From positions 138,895 to 202,894 of the IMG/VR virus record IMGVR_UViG_3300046787_000508: a DNA stretch of 64,000 nt; one strand, given 5' to 3'. Shown here piece after piece: positions 45,013-55,937 of this stretch. The stretch is from a virus. Lineage: Duplodnaviria > Caudoviricetes. The position numbers were made by a program, and so were the translations under genes. The notes below the pieces were generated by a model that had not been told where the DNA came from, did no database searches, and saw only the letters and a list, made by a program, of their open reading frames with translations. Each line of letters begins with the position of its first letter. Positions within the stretch are counted from its first letter, which is position 1.

Positions 45013-45375
45013 ATGAGAGTTAACATTAATCACCCATCATTTGTGTCCTTCTTGGAGGGAGTATCAAATAGTATTTTAACATCTATTAACTTAGACAACT
45101 ACTTTACTTTAACTGACAAAAAGAAACTACCGTTACTATATGGGGTTTTTAGTATGATTAAAAGTATGGCCAAAATTAAATCTGACCTAACGGATTTAGA
45201 ATTAAGGAGTTTTATCATTGTCTTATGTAAGAAAAATGAGGAGATTGAAAATTATGAATTTGCGGCACTTCTAAGTGATATATCAAAAAGTTTTGATATG
45301 ATTTGTGAAATGTCAAAAACACCCCCAATAAAGAAAACAAGTAGAACAACAAAAAAAACAGACACAACTAAGTAA
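45013..45375 (+). CDS. hypothetical protein with UVR-like motif
   Basis: EEIENYEFAALLSD. Confidence 0.65.
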   Translation: MRVNINHPSFVSFLEGVSNSILTSINLDNYFTLTDKKKLPLLYGVFSMIKSMAKIKSDLTDLELRSFIIVLCKKNEEIENYEFAALLSDISKSFDMICEMSKTPPIKKTSRTTKKTDTTK

Positions 45376-45767
45376 TGTCTCGAAAAATTGATATTGAAAC
45401 CAAAAAACGTTACGCACTGTTAACATTAAAATGGTGCGAAACGTATTTCGGTTTATGTCTAAGAAAAAAGAGAAAATTACTTTTTAAGTTTAGTGAAAGA
45501 AAAAGAAAAATTGAAAACTGTGATGTTTTTGGGAATTACTGTTTTTATCGAAATGAAATTATTATCTACCTACCAAATAACCACACTATCTACGATGTAG
45601 TTTCTACCGTAATTCACGAATATACACATTATTTACAGGTAAGAAGAAAATATAGAGAGTTTGAAAAAACTAGATATTATTCTCAAAATCCTATGGAAAG
45701 ACAAGCAAAAAGAAACGAAGACAAGTATACCAACATCTGTTTAAAAGAAATTAAGAAACTTCTGTAG
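45375..45767 (+). CDS. zincin-like (HExxH) protein
   Basis: VIHEYTHYLQ...NPMERQA. Confidence 0.7.
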   Translation: MSRKIDIETKKRYALLTLKWCETYFGLCLRKKRKLLFKFSERKRKIENCDVFGNYCFYRNEIIIYLPNNHTIYDVVSTVIHEYTHYLQVRRKYREFEKTRYYSQNPMERQAKRNEDKYTNICLKEIKKLL

Positions 45768-45972
45768 TTTCCTCTTCAGTGACTATAATTGCTTCTTCAA
45801 TCTCCCTCATAAAAAGTAACACGTCGTCGTCATTATTACGACTTTTAACGACCATGTCACACATCCAAAACTCTTTAAGGTCACTTACTGAACCTTCTTT
45901 TACGTGACTTTGTCTAACTTTTCTATAAACCCAATATAGTTTATTTTGGTAATTTACGAGTTCTTTTGTCAT
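45751..45972 (-). CDS. hypothetical protein
   Basis: ORF coupled to the endonuclease gene. Confidence 0.6.
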   Translation of the reverse strand: MTKELVNYQNKLYWVYRKVRQSHVKEGSVSDLKEFWMCDMVVKSRNNDDDVLLFMREIEEAIIVTEEETTEVS

Positions 45973-46610
45973 TATTTTTTAAATTTAAATCCTGTTAACT
46001 TTTCGATATCAATTACATCCACTTTGTTATTGTTAATTCCGTCAGGTTTCGATGTGTCGTTATCAAATAAAAATCCCATCCACTCTTTTGATTTTACAAT
46101 ATAGATAACTTTCCAACATTTAGAAGGGACGGCAACTTTACCAATTCTTTTTAATTCACCAATATTCCCACACCAAACTTTAACACTGTCTTGTTCAGAA
46201 GCAATCTTTCTCTCTAACGTTTCAACTGATTTCCAATCTCCAGCATTTAATGAATGATATTGAGCTGCCATATTTGAGAAGTAAAAACACTCATCCTGAA
46301 TTGCAGGTGTTTGACACAGATTCTCCGCTGCCGGCATCATATGTCCTCTATCGGTTCCACTACCAACATAGTCAGATGATAAATTTGTTTCCGAAATCAA
46401 CAATGGGTCAGGTTTAAAATTGTCTTTTCTTGCTAACGGTTTTTCACAAGCAACTTTAGCTTTAGTTATCCACCATTCCACCATTACGGGATACTTTTTT
46501 GATTTACTGTAATGTGATGTGTAATTTGTGTGTTTTAAGACCACAACGTCTTGTGCATTTACTGTTACCCCAAATGTAATAATTGAGATTAATAATAATA
46601 GTTTTTTCAT
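45972..46610 (-). CDS. DNA/RNA non-specific endonuclease (NucA-like), signal peptide
   Basis: DRGHMMPAA, FSNMAAQ, W..VE. Confidence 0.9.
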   Translation of the reverse strand: MKKLLLLISIITFGVTVNAQDVVVLKHTNYTSHYSKSKKYPVMVEWWITKAKVACEKPLARKDNFKPDPLLISETNLSSDYVGSGTDRGHMMPAAENLCQTPAIQDECFYFSNMAAQYHSLNAGDWKSVETLERKIASEQDSVKVWCGNIGELKRIGKVAVPSKCWKVIYIVKSKEWMGFLFDNDTSKPDGINNNKVDVIDIEKLTGFKFKK

Positions 46611-47161
46611 ATATAATATTGCTTTATATAACTAAATATATCCGAAGCAGTATTACTATTAACGTTAAATTCAACAAAAGGTATGTCATGAGTGATAAGT
46701 TTCTGTTTAATATCCTCATCAATTTGTTTAGATTCTTGTAGATTTTGAAACCTACCATTTTCGTCATATGTTGCATCATTTCTGGTTAATAGAATATTAA
46801 GACTATTATACTTCTTAAATAGAGTAACAACGAAAGTGTCAAATGATTCATCGTAAAACATTGCCGGGTACTCCGGTTCAACACTATAACGGTCCTTATA
46901 AACCATCCCAAGTATTATCGGCGAATCCACAATTATATATTTTACTTTATTGTATAACCTACTAATGTTCCTATGTTGATTGGCTGTAATGTAAAATTGG
47001 TCTTTTATTGCTGAATGGTTTTCCTCCCACGCAACTATTTTTGGGAATTCATATGTTAGTTCAACATCCATATGTGCCTTTTTCATTTTAGTGAATAACC
47101 CAGCCGATTGTGTGGATTTACCGATACCCGGACCACCAAAGAAATTAATAATTAAACTCAT
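46607..47161 (-). CDS. P-loop kinase/ATPase (NadR/AAA_28-like)
   Basis: GGPGIGKS Walker A; IIVDSP. Confidence 0.75.
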   Translation of the reverse strand: MSLIINFFGGPGIGKSTQSAGLFTKMKKAHMDVELTYEFPKIVAWEENHSAIKDQFYITANQHRNISRLYNKVKYIIVDSPIILGMVYKDRYSVEPEYPAMFYDESFDTFVVTLFKKYNSLNILLTRNDATYDENGRFQNLQESKQIDEDIKQKLITHDIPFVEFNVNSNTASDIFSYIKQYYI

Positions 47162-47229
47162 ACTAAAATATACAAAAAAAAAGGGAGAATGTAAAAACAT
47201 CTCCCCTTAATTTTTATATGTTGTGTAGA

Positions 47230-50200
47230 TTATCTACCAAATGTATAACGAATACCTAATTGAGCACTCCACACATCAAATACCGATGAATTATACTGAT
47301 GAGTATCTCTAGCTAAAACCGTAGAACCATCTGTTAATCTTTGAGTTGCCAATCTATATGTTGGGACGTTATTTACATCTCTACTTACGAAGTTCAATAA
47401 TTGCGGTGCCGTCGCTCTTTGAGAAACACCGAATGTATTGTCAACCATATTACCAAAGTTAAGAATATCTGCTCTGATTTGGAATGAATTTTTCTTTCCA
47501 CCAATCTTAATGAAGACATCTTGAGCTACTGATAAATCAAATCTATGTAAGTAAGGTAACAATCCACCATTTCTTTCTGCATATTGACCTCTACGAGTTG
47601 ATAAGTATGGGTCTTGGTCAATGAATTTGTCAAAAGCCGCTTGTTGTTCACCTTCAGTATAAGTTCTACCACCTGTAGTTAAACTTGTAAATTTAATATC
47701 CGAACCTTTTAATGGAACGAAAATTAAATCGTTGTTGTTTACTCTATCACCATTCAAGTCACCTGCTACGATGTAAGAGTATGGGTTAGATTGTTGACCT
47801 ACATATCCTAATGTAATTGTAGTTGCACCACCTAAACCTTTTCCGTATTCAATTCTATATCCTAATAAACCTACGAATCTGTTTTTTACAAATCCATCTG
47901 CCAATGATAATCCTAAATCATTATTACCATTAACCGATAATGCCGATTGCCAAGAACCACTGGCGATTGAACCAGCACTCATATAATCTTTTGAATTTGC
48001 AGTTGTCCAAGCGATTGAGCCCCATAATCCTTTTTGAACTGGTTTCTCTAATTTCAATGTTAATGATTGGTGGAATGCGCCGTCTCTATTTGTAAGAACG
48101 GCTCCCATAGAAACATTATCATTAACTCTTACACCATTATCATTTCCTGCGTAACGAGGTCTATTATCAACACCACCTAATGTTCCAATCGGTGCGTCTA
48201 AGTTTGCGTTATAGTAATGAACTGCATTAAGTGTTTTGTTATAAAGATATTCCGCACTTGCGATTAATCCTAAGAATGGTAATTTTTGGTCCACCGCCAA
48301 ATTCGTTTTCCAAACTTGTGGGAATTTATAGTTCTCATTCGTTAACGCCAAATCAAATGTGGATGGTAATGTTGGTGTTGACGGAATAAAATATTGATTT
48401 GGGTTCGCAGTAAATCCATATTGAGAGGCTGCTGAACCACTTACATCGATAAATCCTGTTAACACACCATTATTCCCAATTTGGTTAGATAAGAACACAT
48501 AAGGAGGTCTACCTGTGAATACACCAGTACCACCTCTAAATTGTGTTTTACTTTCACCTTTTAAATTATAGTTGAAACCAACACGAGGTTCGAAAAGAAC
48601 TTGTGTCTTTGGCATCACACCAGTATTAAATCTCTCACCGTTGGCAAATGTCATTGATGATACTGCAGGGTTTTCTAATGCCGTATTCTCGAATCCAATG
48701 ATATTAGCTCTCACACCAAATGTTAATTTTAAATCTTCGGTGGCATCATACTCATCTTGTAAGTATAAATCTAATCTATCTGATTTCAAAGTTTGCATCG
48801 GTTCAATTGCTCCAGGTAACGCCGAATATCGGAATTGGAAACGGGCAGGTACAAATGTTGATGGTGCCCCACCGTTTGCCAACGATTGGTTAGCTGCGGT
48901 GTAAAAATCATTCAAACTATTAAAGATATAAACACCGTTCGATGCAGGAAAGAATAAGTTATTAGATTGATACTTTTGATAGTTAAATCCACCAACCAAT
49001 GTATGTTTATCTAAATATTTAGTTACGTTATTCGTAATATTAAATGTACTATAATCTAATTTGTTTCCTGGTGTGAATGGGTCAAATCCTACCGATGTAA
49101 GAGTTGTGGCACCTTCCTTGATGTCAATTGTTGGAAACATTTGAGATAGGTAACCTCTATTTTCAATTTGTTTATCATAAGAAACAATTAAGTTATTATG
49201 TAATGTATTTGAAAACTTCGAGTTTAATTCCAACACGGCTGAACGAGTGTTATCCATAATAGTGTAACCACTATTTTGAAAACTCATTGCGTTGATGTTT
49301 TGAGTTCTATTACCAAAACCTGCCGATTGTGAATTTGAAATGTTAATTTGAGCTTCTGAATCGTGATAAACGTAACGACCAGTTAATTTGTGTTTATCGT
49401 TGATATTCCAATCTACACGAACTAAGAATTTATCCGATTTGTTTGTATTAGAATAACCTTCAAATGGACCTGTTTCATAATTGAACTTATCTTTCATAAA
49501 CTTAGAAAGGTCGGTCAATTGTTGAAAAGTTGGTCTACTTACTTGTGAACCCGCTAATGGGGAACCTGTCGATGTCCAAGTTGTTCCTGGCTCAGTCCTT
49601 TCAATTCCCTCGTAGTTACCAAAGATGAATAATTTATTCTTAACGATTGGTGCTCCCAAACGAAAACCTTGAACCTTCTCGTCAAATTTAGACGGAGTAA
49701 TTGTGGTTCCATTAGCATTGTTACCAACATAAGTAGAACTATTATCTCTCTGTGTTTGATATACTGAACCTTCAATTTCATTTGTCCCACTACGTGTTAC
49801 TGCATTGATACCGGCACCTGTAAATCCACTCTGACGAATATCAAATGGTGCAACGTTAACTTGTAATTGTTCAATTGCATCCAATGAAATTGCACTTGCC
49901 CCTGTTCTACCACCCGCTTGTGCCGATGAACCTAAACCGAAATTGTTATTAAATTGGGAACCGTCAATTGTGAAGTTATTCAAACGAGAATCTTGTGCAC
50001 CAAATGAGTTACCATTACCAAATGGATTGTATTTTGTAATACCATCGATAGTTCTAGCACCGGTAATTGGAATTGTAGTTAATTCCCTTTTACCAAACTG
50101 TTGAGATGCACCCGTTCTTTCACGTGAAATAATGTTATTTCTACTTGAAGTTACGATTACTTCCTTTAATGATGTGTTAGCTTCAATTAAGACCACATCT

Positions 50201-50508
50201 AAATTTGTGGTTACACCTAATGAAGTGTTAACATCCGTTTGTTCATCTGTTTTGTAACCAAGAAATGTTACAATAACTTTATAGGGACCACCAACCCTAA
50301 CGGCCGGTACTACGTAACGTCCTGATTGATTTGTACTTGTACCATACTTTGTCCCTGTTGGTATGTGTACCACTTGGACGGTGGCTCCTGGTAATGACTC
50401 ACCTTTTTCGGTTTTTACGATACCCGATATCGTTGAGGTTGTGACTTGTGCAAACCCCGAAAATCCAACCACTAATAAAAGTAGTAAACTGAGAATTGTT
50501 TTTTTCAT
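47230..50508 (-). CDS. TonB-dependent outer-membrane receptor (Oar-like, carboxypeptidase regulatory N-domain)
   Basis: Signal peptide; ESLPGATV; NNFTIDG; DAIEQLQV; FTGAGINAVTRSG; C-terminal GIRYTF. Confidence 0.92.
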   Translation of the reverse strand: MKKTILSLLLLLVVGFSGFAQVTTSTISGIVKTEKGESLPGATVQVVHIPTGTKYGTSTNQSGRYVVPAVRVGGPYKVIVTFLGYKTDEQTDVNTSLGVTTNLDVVLIEANTSLKEVIVTSSRNNIISRERTGASQQFGKRELTTIPITGARTIDGITKYNPFGNGNSFGAQDSRLNNFTIDGSQFNNNFGLGSSAQAGGRTGASAISLDAIEQLQVNVAPFDIRQSGFTGAGINAVTRSGTNEIEGSVYQTQRDNSSTYVGNNANGTTITPSKFDEKVQGFRLGAPIVKNKLFIFGNYEGIERTEPGTTWTSTGSPLAGSQVSRPTFQQLTDLSKFMKDKFNYETGPFEGYSNTNKSDKFLVRVDWNINDKHKLTGRYVYHDSEAQINISNSQSAGFGNRTQNINAMSFQNSGYTIMDNTRSAVLELNSKFSNTLHNNLIVSYDKQIENRGYLSQMFPTIDIKEGATTLTSVGFDPFTPGNKLDYSTFNITNNVTKYLDKHTLVGGFNYQKYQSNNLFFPASNGVYIFNSLNDFYTAANQSLANGGAPSTFVPARFQFRYSALPGAIEPMQTLKSDRLDLYLQDEYDATEDLKLTFGVRANIIGFENTALENPAVSSMTFANGERFNTGVMPKTQVLFEPRVGFNYNLKGESKTQFRGGTGVFTGRPPYVFLSNQIGNNGVLTGFIDVSGSAASQYGFTANPNQYFIPSTPTLPSTFDLALTNENYKFPQVWKTNLAVDQKLPFLGLIASAEYLYNKTLNAVHYYNANLDAPIGTLGGVDNRPRYAGNDNGVRVNDNVSMGAVLTNRDGAFHQSLTLKLEKPVQKGLWGSIAWTTANSKDYMSAGSIASGSWQSALSVNGNNDLGLSLADGFVKNRFVGLLGYRIEYGKGLGGATTITLGYVGQQSNPYSYIVAGDLNGDRVNNNDLIFVPLKGSDIKFTSLTTGGRTYTEGEQQAAFDKFIDQDPYLSTRRGQYAERNGGLLPYLHRFDLSVAQDVFIKIGGKKNSFQIRADILNFGNMVDNTFGVSQRATAPQLLNFVSRDVNNVPTYRLATQRLTDGSTVLARDTHQYNSSVFDVWSAQLGIRYTFGR

Positions 50509-50735
50509 TCGTTTTTTTTTTAATTTTTATTGTTTAGTAAAGTATAAGGAAAAATATCCATATAAAAAAAGGTTTTGTCTGAATAACTTAAAATTATCAT
50601 TAATAAATAAGTTTTTTCTTTGTAGAATCTTTCCAATTTTAATGATTATTTGTTAGGTTAAAATTAATTTAAGATTGGAGGTAACTGAGGGAGGAAAAAT
50701 TAAAATTTTTATTTTTATCGAGGTATTTATTCAAT

Positions 50736-51044
50736 ATGGAAAACATTTATTCAGTTTTGATAACCGCAGTTACGGTACTAGGTGGTACGGGAGCTTGGAG
50801 ATATTACGAGAAAAGAGCTCTACATAAAGAAAGAGACGAGGATTTTATTCGACACGATTGTAAAGATAGAATAACTAAGTTAGAAGCACTTTTGGAAGCA
50901 TCATCAAAAGAAAAAGACGATTTGAGGTCTATGGTATTAACCTTAACCAAAGAGGTTGCGGCATTATCCGTTAAAGTTGAGTTTCTTAATAGAGAAAACG
51001 AAACATTACATAAAAAAACAACAACAAAAAGAACAATTAAATAA
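50736..51044 (+). CDS. membrane-anchored coiled-coil protein
   Basis: N-terminal TM then coiled coil. Confidence 0.65.
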   Translation: MENIYSVLITAVTVLGGTGAWRYYEKRALHKERDEDFIRHDCKDRITKLEALLEASSKEKDDLRSMVLTLTKEVAALSVKVEFLNRENETLHKKTTTKRTIK

Positions 51045-51045
51045 T

Positions 51046-51405
51046 ATGAAAAAATATATTTTCACAGAAAGTCAAATAAAATCGGTAATCAACACAACGA
51101 TTAGTGAACAAACTAACGAAATGAACCTTAAAAAGGCAGTTCAATGTTTTTTAAATAAATTATACGGTACTAATATTAAAGTTGACGGATATCATGGAGA
51201 TGCAACTGAAAACTTAATTTCAAAATTACAATCAAGTAAAAAGGTATATCCTGTCGACGGTGTTTGGGGACCTGACACTGTTAGTAAATTAAACCCAAAG
51301 GAACGTGAGTTATTTGATGATTGTATTTCTGAATATGGAGATATCATCGATAAAGGTATTCATGGTCTAAAACAAGTTGGTAAGAAAATATCTAATATGT
51401 TTTAA
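51046..51405 (+). CDS. peptidoglycan-binding-domain protein with IFTESQI motif
   Basis: VDGYHGDAT and VDGVWGPDT repeats. Confidence 0.7.
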   Translation: MKKYIFTESQIKSVINTTISEQTNEMNLKKAVQCFLNKLYGTNIKVDGYHGDATENLISKLQSSKKVYPVDGVWGPDTVSKLNPKERELFDDCISEYGDIIDKGIHGLKQVGKKISNMF

Positions 51406-51961
51406 CGGTATCATCAAATATTTTAACGATATCATCTAAACAAACATAATCAAAACATTCGGAATAACCCGAAAACGATTTTAAAACTGGTCTGTATTTT
51501 TTTACAGACCTTTTTTTATCAAGTTTGTTTTTTATTTCCTCCTCCAATTTTTCAGCATGGGGAGTGTCAACCCTTCTTAAGATGGTTTCTACAATATAAC
51601 CCTCATAACCATGAACCTTACTAAATCTTCTCATTATGAATTTTTTAGATGTAAACCCAACTTTAACAAATGTTTTTCCTGTACTATCCTCCTTTATCAA
51701 TACCAAATATAATGACTTAGGTAATGAATCCAATTTCTTTTTTTTATCTTGAGTTTTTTTAACTAACTTAAGATTAACATATTCCTTCGCTTTGTCTAAG
51801 GATTTAAATTCTTTTAGGTCTCGATATGGATTGACGATATATTTTTTAAATCTTGCAACATACAGTGTTTTACCACTATCCACAATGTATTTGGTACCTT
51901 TAAATGTTTTCTCAACGTAAATTGTGTAATATCCAATTTTCATTAGTTGTTCCTGTGACAT
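51392..51961 (-). CDS. T5orf172/Mug113 (GIY-YIG-like) domain protein
   Basis: LYLVLI...VKVGFT...RRF...KLEEEI...GYSECF. Confidence 0.6.
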   Translation of the reverse strand: MSQEQLMKIGYYTIYVEKTFKGTKYIVDSGKTLYVARFKKYIVNPYRDLKEFKSLDKAKEYVNLKLVKKTQDKKKKLDSLPKSLYLVLIKEDSTGKTFVKVGFTSKKFIMRRFSKVHGYEGYIVETILRRVDTPHAEKLEEEIKNKLDKKRSVKKYRPVLKSFSGYSECFDYVCLDDIVKIFDDTVKTY

Positions 51962-52107
51962 AGTTGAATGGTTTCTTTAATTTAAATAATTTACCATTTA
52001 TTTTTACATTTGTAAACCAAAGTTTAATAACGTTAGTTTATGTGTGATTGACGTATTGTTATCGGTATTTCTTGTCTATTAAACATATTTATTGTATATT
52101 TATAGAT

Positions 52108-53778
52108 ATGAAATTACATGATATTGTATTGCACATTTTAAATGAGCAACCGGAAGAACCAATCGATGGTAACCAAATAGCAAATCCAGAGGACGGTCAA
52201 GAACAACCTAATGACGGTCAACAGGAACCGGAAGTAACGGATGAACCTTCAGATGAACAACCTCAAGCACCTGTTAAACCTAAAAAAGAAAAGCCTCAAA
52301 GTCCAATAGAAAAAACCAAAATAAAATGGTTAGAAGAAAACCCTCACCTTAATAATTTATTAATGGATGAGGCAATAGAATTTTTCAACGGACGTAAAAA
52401 TAATCTTAGACCATTTATTGACCCACAATCACCAGGAGCGGCTAGAAATATGCCGGAAATCTTCGCGTTAAAACAAAGATTCCCTGATTTCCCTGCTGAA
52501 GATGTACAAAAACTTAAAGACATACAGTCATATAGTTGGGAACAAATCGAATTCTTAATGGATAGATTTAACACAACGGATGCGGCTGCTGAAGTTGATT
52601 TCTCAATCGAGGGGGACACACCTGAAGATAGAAAGAAAAGTGCGTTAGATAAATGGAACAAAGAGTATAACAAACTAATTGACGAAAATAATATCATCGT
52701 ACATAAAATTGAGGGTAAGGACGAAGCAATTGCGTTAGGTCGTTTACAACACATTTTAGTTGAGAAATATGGTGGTATGAGATGGTGTGTTACAATTCCA
52801 CCGGGTATGGGTAGTAACCTTTATTCTGGTTATCGTGATAGAAGGTCATTTTATTTTATTATGGATAAAAATAAAGATGAAAGTGACCCAAATTACATCT
52901 CAGCAATCCAAGTTGTGGATATGTCAAAAAATTCATATGAAGGACCATTTGTTATTACCCCAAGACCTAACGGTGACCAAACACAAAGAAGTTGGGAAGA
53001 CATCGTTAATATATGGCCGGGATTACAAGGTAAAGAGAATATGTTCAGAATTATTCCACTTTCCAAAAAAGAACAATTTGACGGTATGTTAGATAGAATT
53101 AGATTTTATCCAATACCACAGAACCCACCCGCAAGTAATGACTTTGCAATTCAATCAAGAGCAATACAAGAAATGTATGTAGATTCACCAAACCGTGTTA
53201 TTAATGACCCAAGGTCTTTTATGACAATGGCTGAAGATTTACAAAAGAAATATGTTGCAATGACTACATTGGACAATTATAAACAAAAATATAAAAATCT
53301 TGATGAGTCTAAACCATTTGGTATGTTAGAAGCATTAGGGGGTAGAAATTTAAAATTCTTAGATGCCGTTTTAAAGACACAATTAGGTATTAGAGATGGT
53401 GTATTGGCAGTTAAAGCAAGTATATTGAAACTAAACTATAAAATGTCATTTAGTGATTCTGAAAATGATAACATTAAAATGTTTATCAGTAAGGGTTCAC
53501 AAAAGTACGGTGTAATGGATTTAAACACCATAGAATGGATAAAACCATTAACATATATCAGAACTAAGGCAGAAACGTTTTTTACACCTGAGGATAGAAA
53601 AATGTACATCCTACAGAGATATACAAGTGAAGATGGTTCAGATTACTTCTATTGGTTATTCCCAAGAGAAAATCTAACATCAAAAGATAAATCAAGTGCT
53701 ACACACTTAAAAGGTAAATTCCTTAATAAAGAAGAAGGTGATAATATACCAAGTAACTTTAGAAAGTTAGGTGAATAA
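52108..53778 (+). CDS. large hypothetical protein (WC motif)
   Basis: Start MKLHDIV after TATTTATA (52097-52104); GMRWCVT...RSFYFIMDK. Confidence 0.75.
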   Translation: MKLHDIVLHILNEQPEEPIDGNQIANPEDGQEQPNDGQQEPEVTDEPSDEQPQAPVKPKKEKPQSPIEKTKIKWLEENPHLNNLLMDEAIEFFNGRKNNLRPFIDPQSPGAARNMPEIFALKQRFPDFPAEDVQKLKDIQSYSWEQIEFLMDRFNTTDAAAEVDFSIEGDTPEDRKKSALDKWNKEYNKLIDENNIIVHKIEGKDEAIALGRLQHILVEKYGGMRWCVTIPPGMGSNLYSGYRDRRSFYFIMDKNKDESDPNYISAIQVVDMSKNSYEGPFVITPRPNGDQTQRSWEDIVNIWPGLQGKENMFRIIPLSKKEQFDGMLDRIRFYPIPQNPPASNDFAIQSRAIQEMYVDSPNRVINDPRSFMTMAEDLQKKYVAMTTLDNYKQKYKNLDESKPFGMLEALGGRNLKFLDAVLKTQLGIRDGVLAVKASILKLNYKMSFSDSENDNIKMFISKGSQKYGVMDLNTIEWIKPLTYIRTKAETFFTPEDRKMYILQRYTSEDGSDYFYWLFPRENLTSKDKSSATHLKGKFLNKEEGDNIPSNFRKLGE

Positions 53779-53805
53779 AAAAAGGGACATTAAGTCCCTT
53801 TTTTT
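53777..53805. terminator. bidirectional terminator
   Basis: A run-AAGGGAC-ATTAA-GTCCCTT-T run between convergent genes. Confidence 0.75.
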
Positions 53806-54643
53806 ATGCTAATAAATGATAATATTCTTTAAAGTGTTTGATTCGGTCGGCCAATCCAATTGTACCACCATTTACTCTTTTTGTAATTTTAGTAACTACA
53901 ACATCAGAAGCTCCTTCATCGGCCATTCTGTGTAAACCATTTTTATTAAAAAACCAAGCGGCGGATAATAAAGCATATTGTGATGCAACTTTATCGGGAT
54001 TAGATAATATATCTTCATTAATTGACTTACCAAATGCAGTGTAATTTTCTTTACCTGTAAGTTGGATATAACCTCGTCCACAAAATTTTGAACCTTCCCC
54101 TGATGATTCAGGACCATTACCCATTCTGTTACCGTAAACTTTATTTGCAATTTTGGCAGGTTGTCTTTCGTAAGGTTTAGCAGCCGCCTCAGTTGGGAAG
54201 TACTTTTTAAATGTTCCTGTTAAACCTTTAGCTGAATAGTTTAGGTTTTCTTTTGTTGCTCTGAAACCTCCAGATTCGTGACCACATTGTGCTAAGAAAT
54301 GTGCCAATCTTAATGGTGTGTTGATTTGGAACTTAGCTGCCGTATCGGGTATTTGAGCAATAACCGCATCAGGAATGTGTCCTTTTAATTTTTCTAATTT
54401 TAATCCACCGGTAGATACAGGTGCAGGTTCAGTTATTAAAGTTTGAGTTGTCACGTTACCTTCAGCAAACATCTTACTCCAAGTACCATCACCAACAATA
54501 CCATCGGCACCTAATCCGTGAGAACTTTGCCAAGCTTTAACTGCAGCTTCGGTTTTTGGTCCGAATTTACCTATAGGGTCCACCCCTAATTTTTTTTGTA
54601 ATTTAATTACATCATCTCCTGTTGAACCTAATTTTAGTAACAT
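53804..54643 (-). CDS. endolysin: PG-binding domain + GH19 lysozyme/chitinase
   Basis: LQKKLG..PIGKFGPKT, ADGIVG; AHFLAQCGHESGGF, GRGYIQLTGKENY. Confidence 0.9.
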   Translation of the reverse strand: MLLKLGSTGDDVIKLQKKLGVDPIGKFGPKTEAAVKAWQSSHGLGADGIVGDGTWSKMFAEGNVTTQTLITEPAPVSTGGLKLEKLKGHIPDAVIAQIPDTAAKFQINTPLRLAHFLAQCGHESGGFRATKENLNYSAKGLTGTFKKYFPTEAAAKPYERQPAKIANKVYGNRMGNGPESSGEGSKFCGRGYIQLTGKENYTAFGKSINEDILSNPDKVASQYALLSAAWFFNKNGLHRMADEGASDVVVTKITKRVNGGTIGLADRIKHFKEYYHLLA

Positions 54644-54724
54644 ATTTTGTATTTGATTTTCTTATTTATTTATCTATAAATATTCGTTATATTTTAATTG
54701 GATATTTATCATTAAACATATTTG

Positions 54725-55771
54725 ATGAAAACAATAATTTTAACAGAGGAACAGGCCAAAAATGTAATTCACAATCTTTTAAACGAAGACGGTCCTACAC
54801 CTACAACTAAACCATTAAAACAATTCAATATTACCAACTCATTTAGTAGTGGTCAATATCAGTTAACAACAACTGAAGAAATTGATGTCGCAATAAATGA
54901 GATTAACGCTATTGTTAGTAAAACACCGGATGTTAAATATGACGTTGTTGTTACATCATCGGAATCGAAGGTACCTAATAGAGGTGTTGGATTAAAACCG
55001 GGTGAATTATCAATTAGACGTGGACAATCTGCCGAGAATTATATTAAAAGTAAATTAGGTGATAAAGTTAACTTCCAAGTAAAAAACTTAGGTATCCAAG
55101 GACCTGAATGGAATCCTCAAAATGGTAGTGACAATCCACAATATACAAAATTTCAATATGTTACGATTAGTTTAGTTTTAAGTGGGGGAGAATCAACGGG
55201 ACCAGAAGATGTTTGTACCTTTAAATTTAACGGTAAAGGAAAACAAGGGGTGAAGGAGAAAAACTATGTAACAGTTAACAAACAATTAAAAGGTAAAGGT
55301 TCGTTATCAATTACCACCGGTTCGATACCCGATAGGATGGTTATTACCGATAGTAAGAACCAAATAGTTAAGGATATGGGTTATGTGGCAACCCAACCAC
55401 ATAGATACACAAGATTTAAATACGTACCAATATATGTTGCGGGTCTAACCGCTTTGATAGGTACCCCAGCAGTTTCGGGAACAAAATTAATATCATTGAA
55501 AGTTAACACTTTTGAAGACTTAATGAAAAAGATATTGGTTAACCCTGAGACAATACCAAGTCAAATGGAATTAATTAAAGACGGTAGAGAAGTATCGGAC
55601 GGTGTTAATTTTTTAAAACAACAATTCAATAAAGGTGTAAGAACCTTTGCTCTTTATGATATCGTTTCAGGTTCATCGTCATTGAATTTTGATAAAGGAC
55701 TTGGTGACAATTCAGTAATGGTTATGTCGCCTCTCGGACAAACAGGATACGAAATAGTTGGTACATGTTAA
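54725..55771 (+). CDS. protein with IILTEEQ motif and OmpA-like domain
   Basis: SSESKVPN...ELSIRRGQSAENYI resembles OmpA_C. Confidence 0.55.
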   Translation: MKTIILTEEQAKNVIHNLLNEDGPTPTTKPLKQFNITNSFSSGQYQLTTTEEIDVAINEINAIVSKTPDVKYDVVVTSSESKVPNRGVGLKPGELSIRRGQSAENYIKSKLGDKVNFQVKNLGIQGPEWNPQNGSDNPQYTKFQYVTISLVLSGGESTGPEDVCTFKFNGKGKQGVKEKNYVTVNKQLKGKGSLSITTGSIPDRMVITDSKNQIVKDMGYVATQPHRYTRFKYVPIYVAGLTALIGTPAVSGTKLISLKVNTFEDLMKKILVNPETIPSQMELIKDGREVSDGVNFLKQQFNKGVRTFALYDIVSGSSSLNFDKGLGDNSVMVMSPLGQTGYEIVGTC

Positions 55772-55937
55772 TATAAGAAGACCTCGAATGGGGTCTTTTT
55801 TTTTTACCATTTACTTTTTTTATTTTTAACCGTATACTTATAATTGACCTTGTGGTTGAAGTCGAAGTGTCTCAGTGGCATTTGAGTTGGAATTGATACC
55901 AACGAATTCGGGTTCAAATACAAAAAAATATAAGGAA

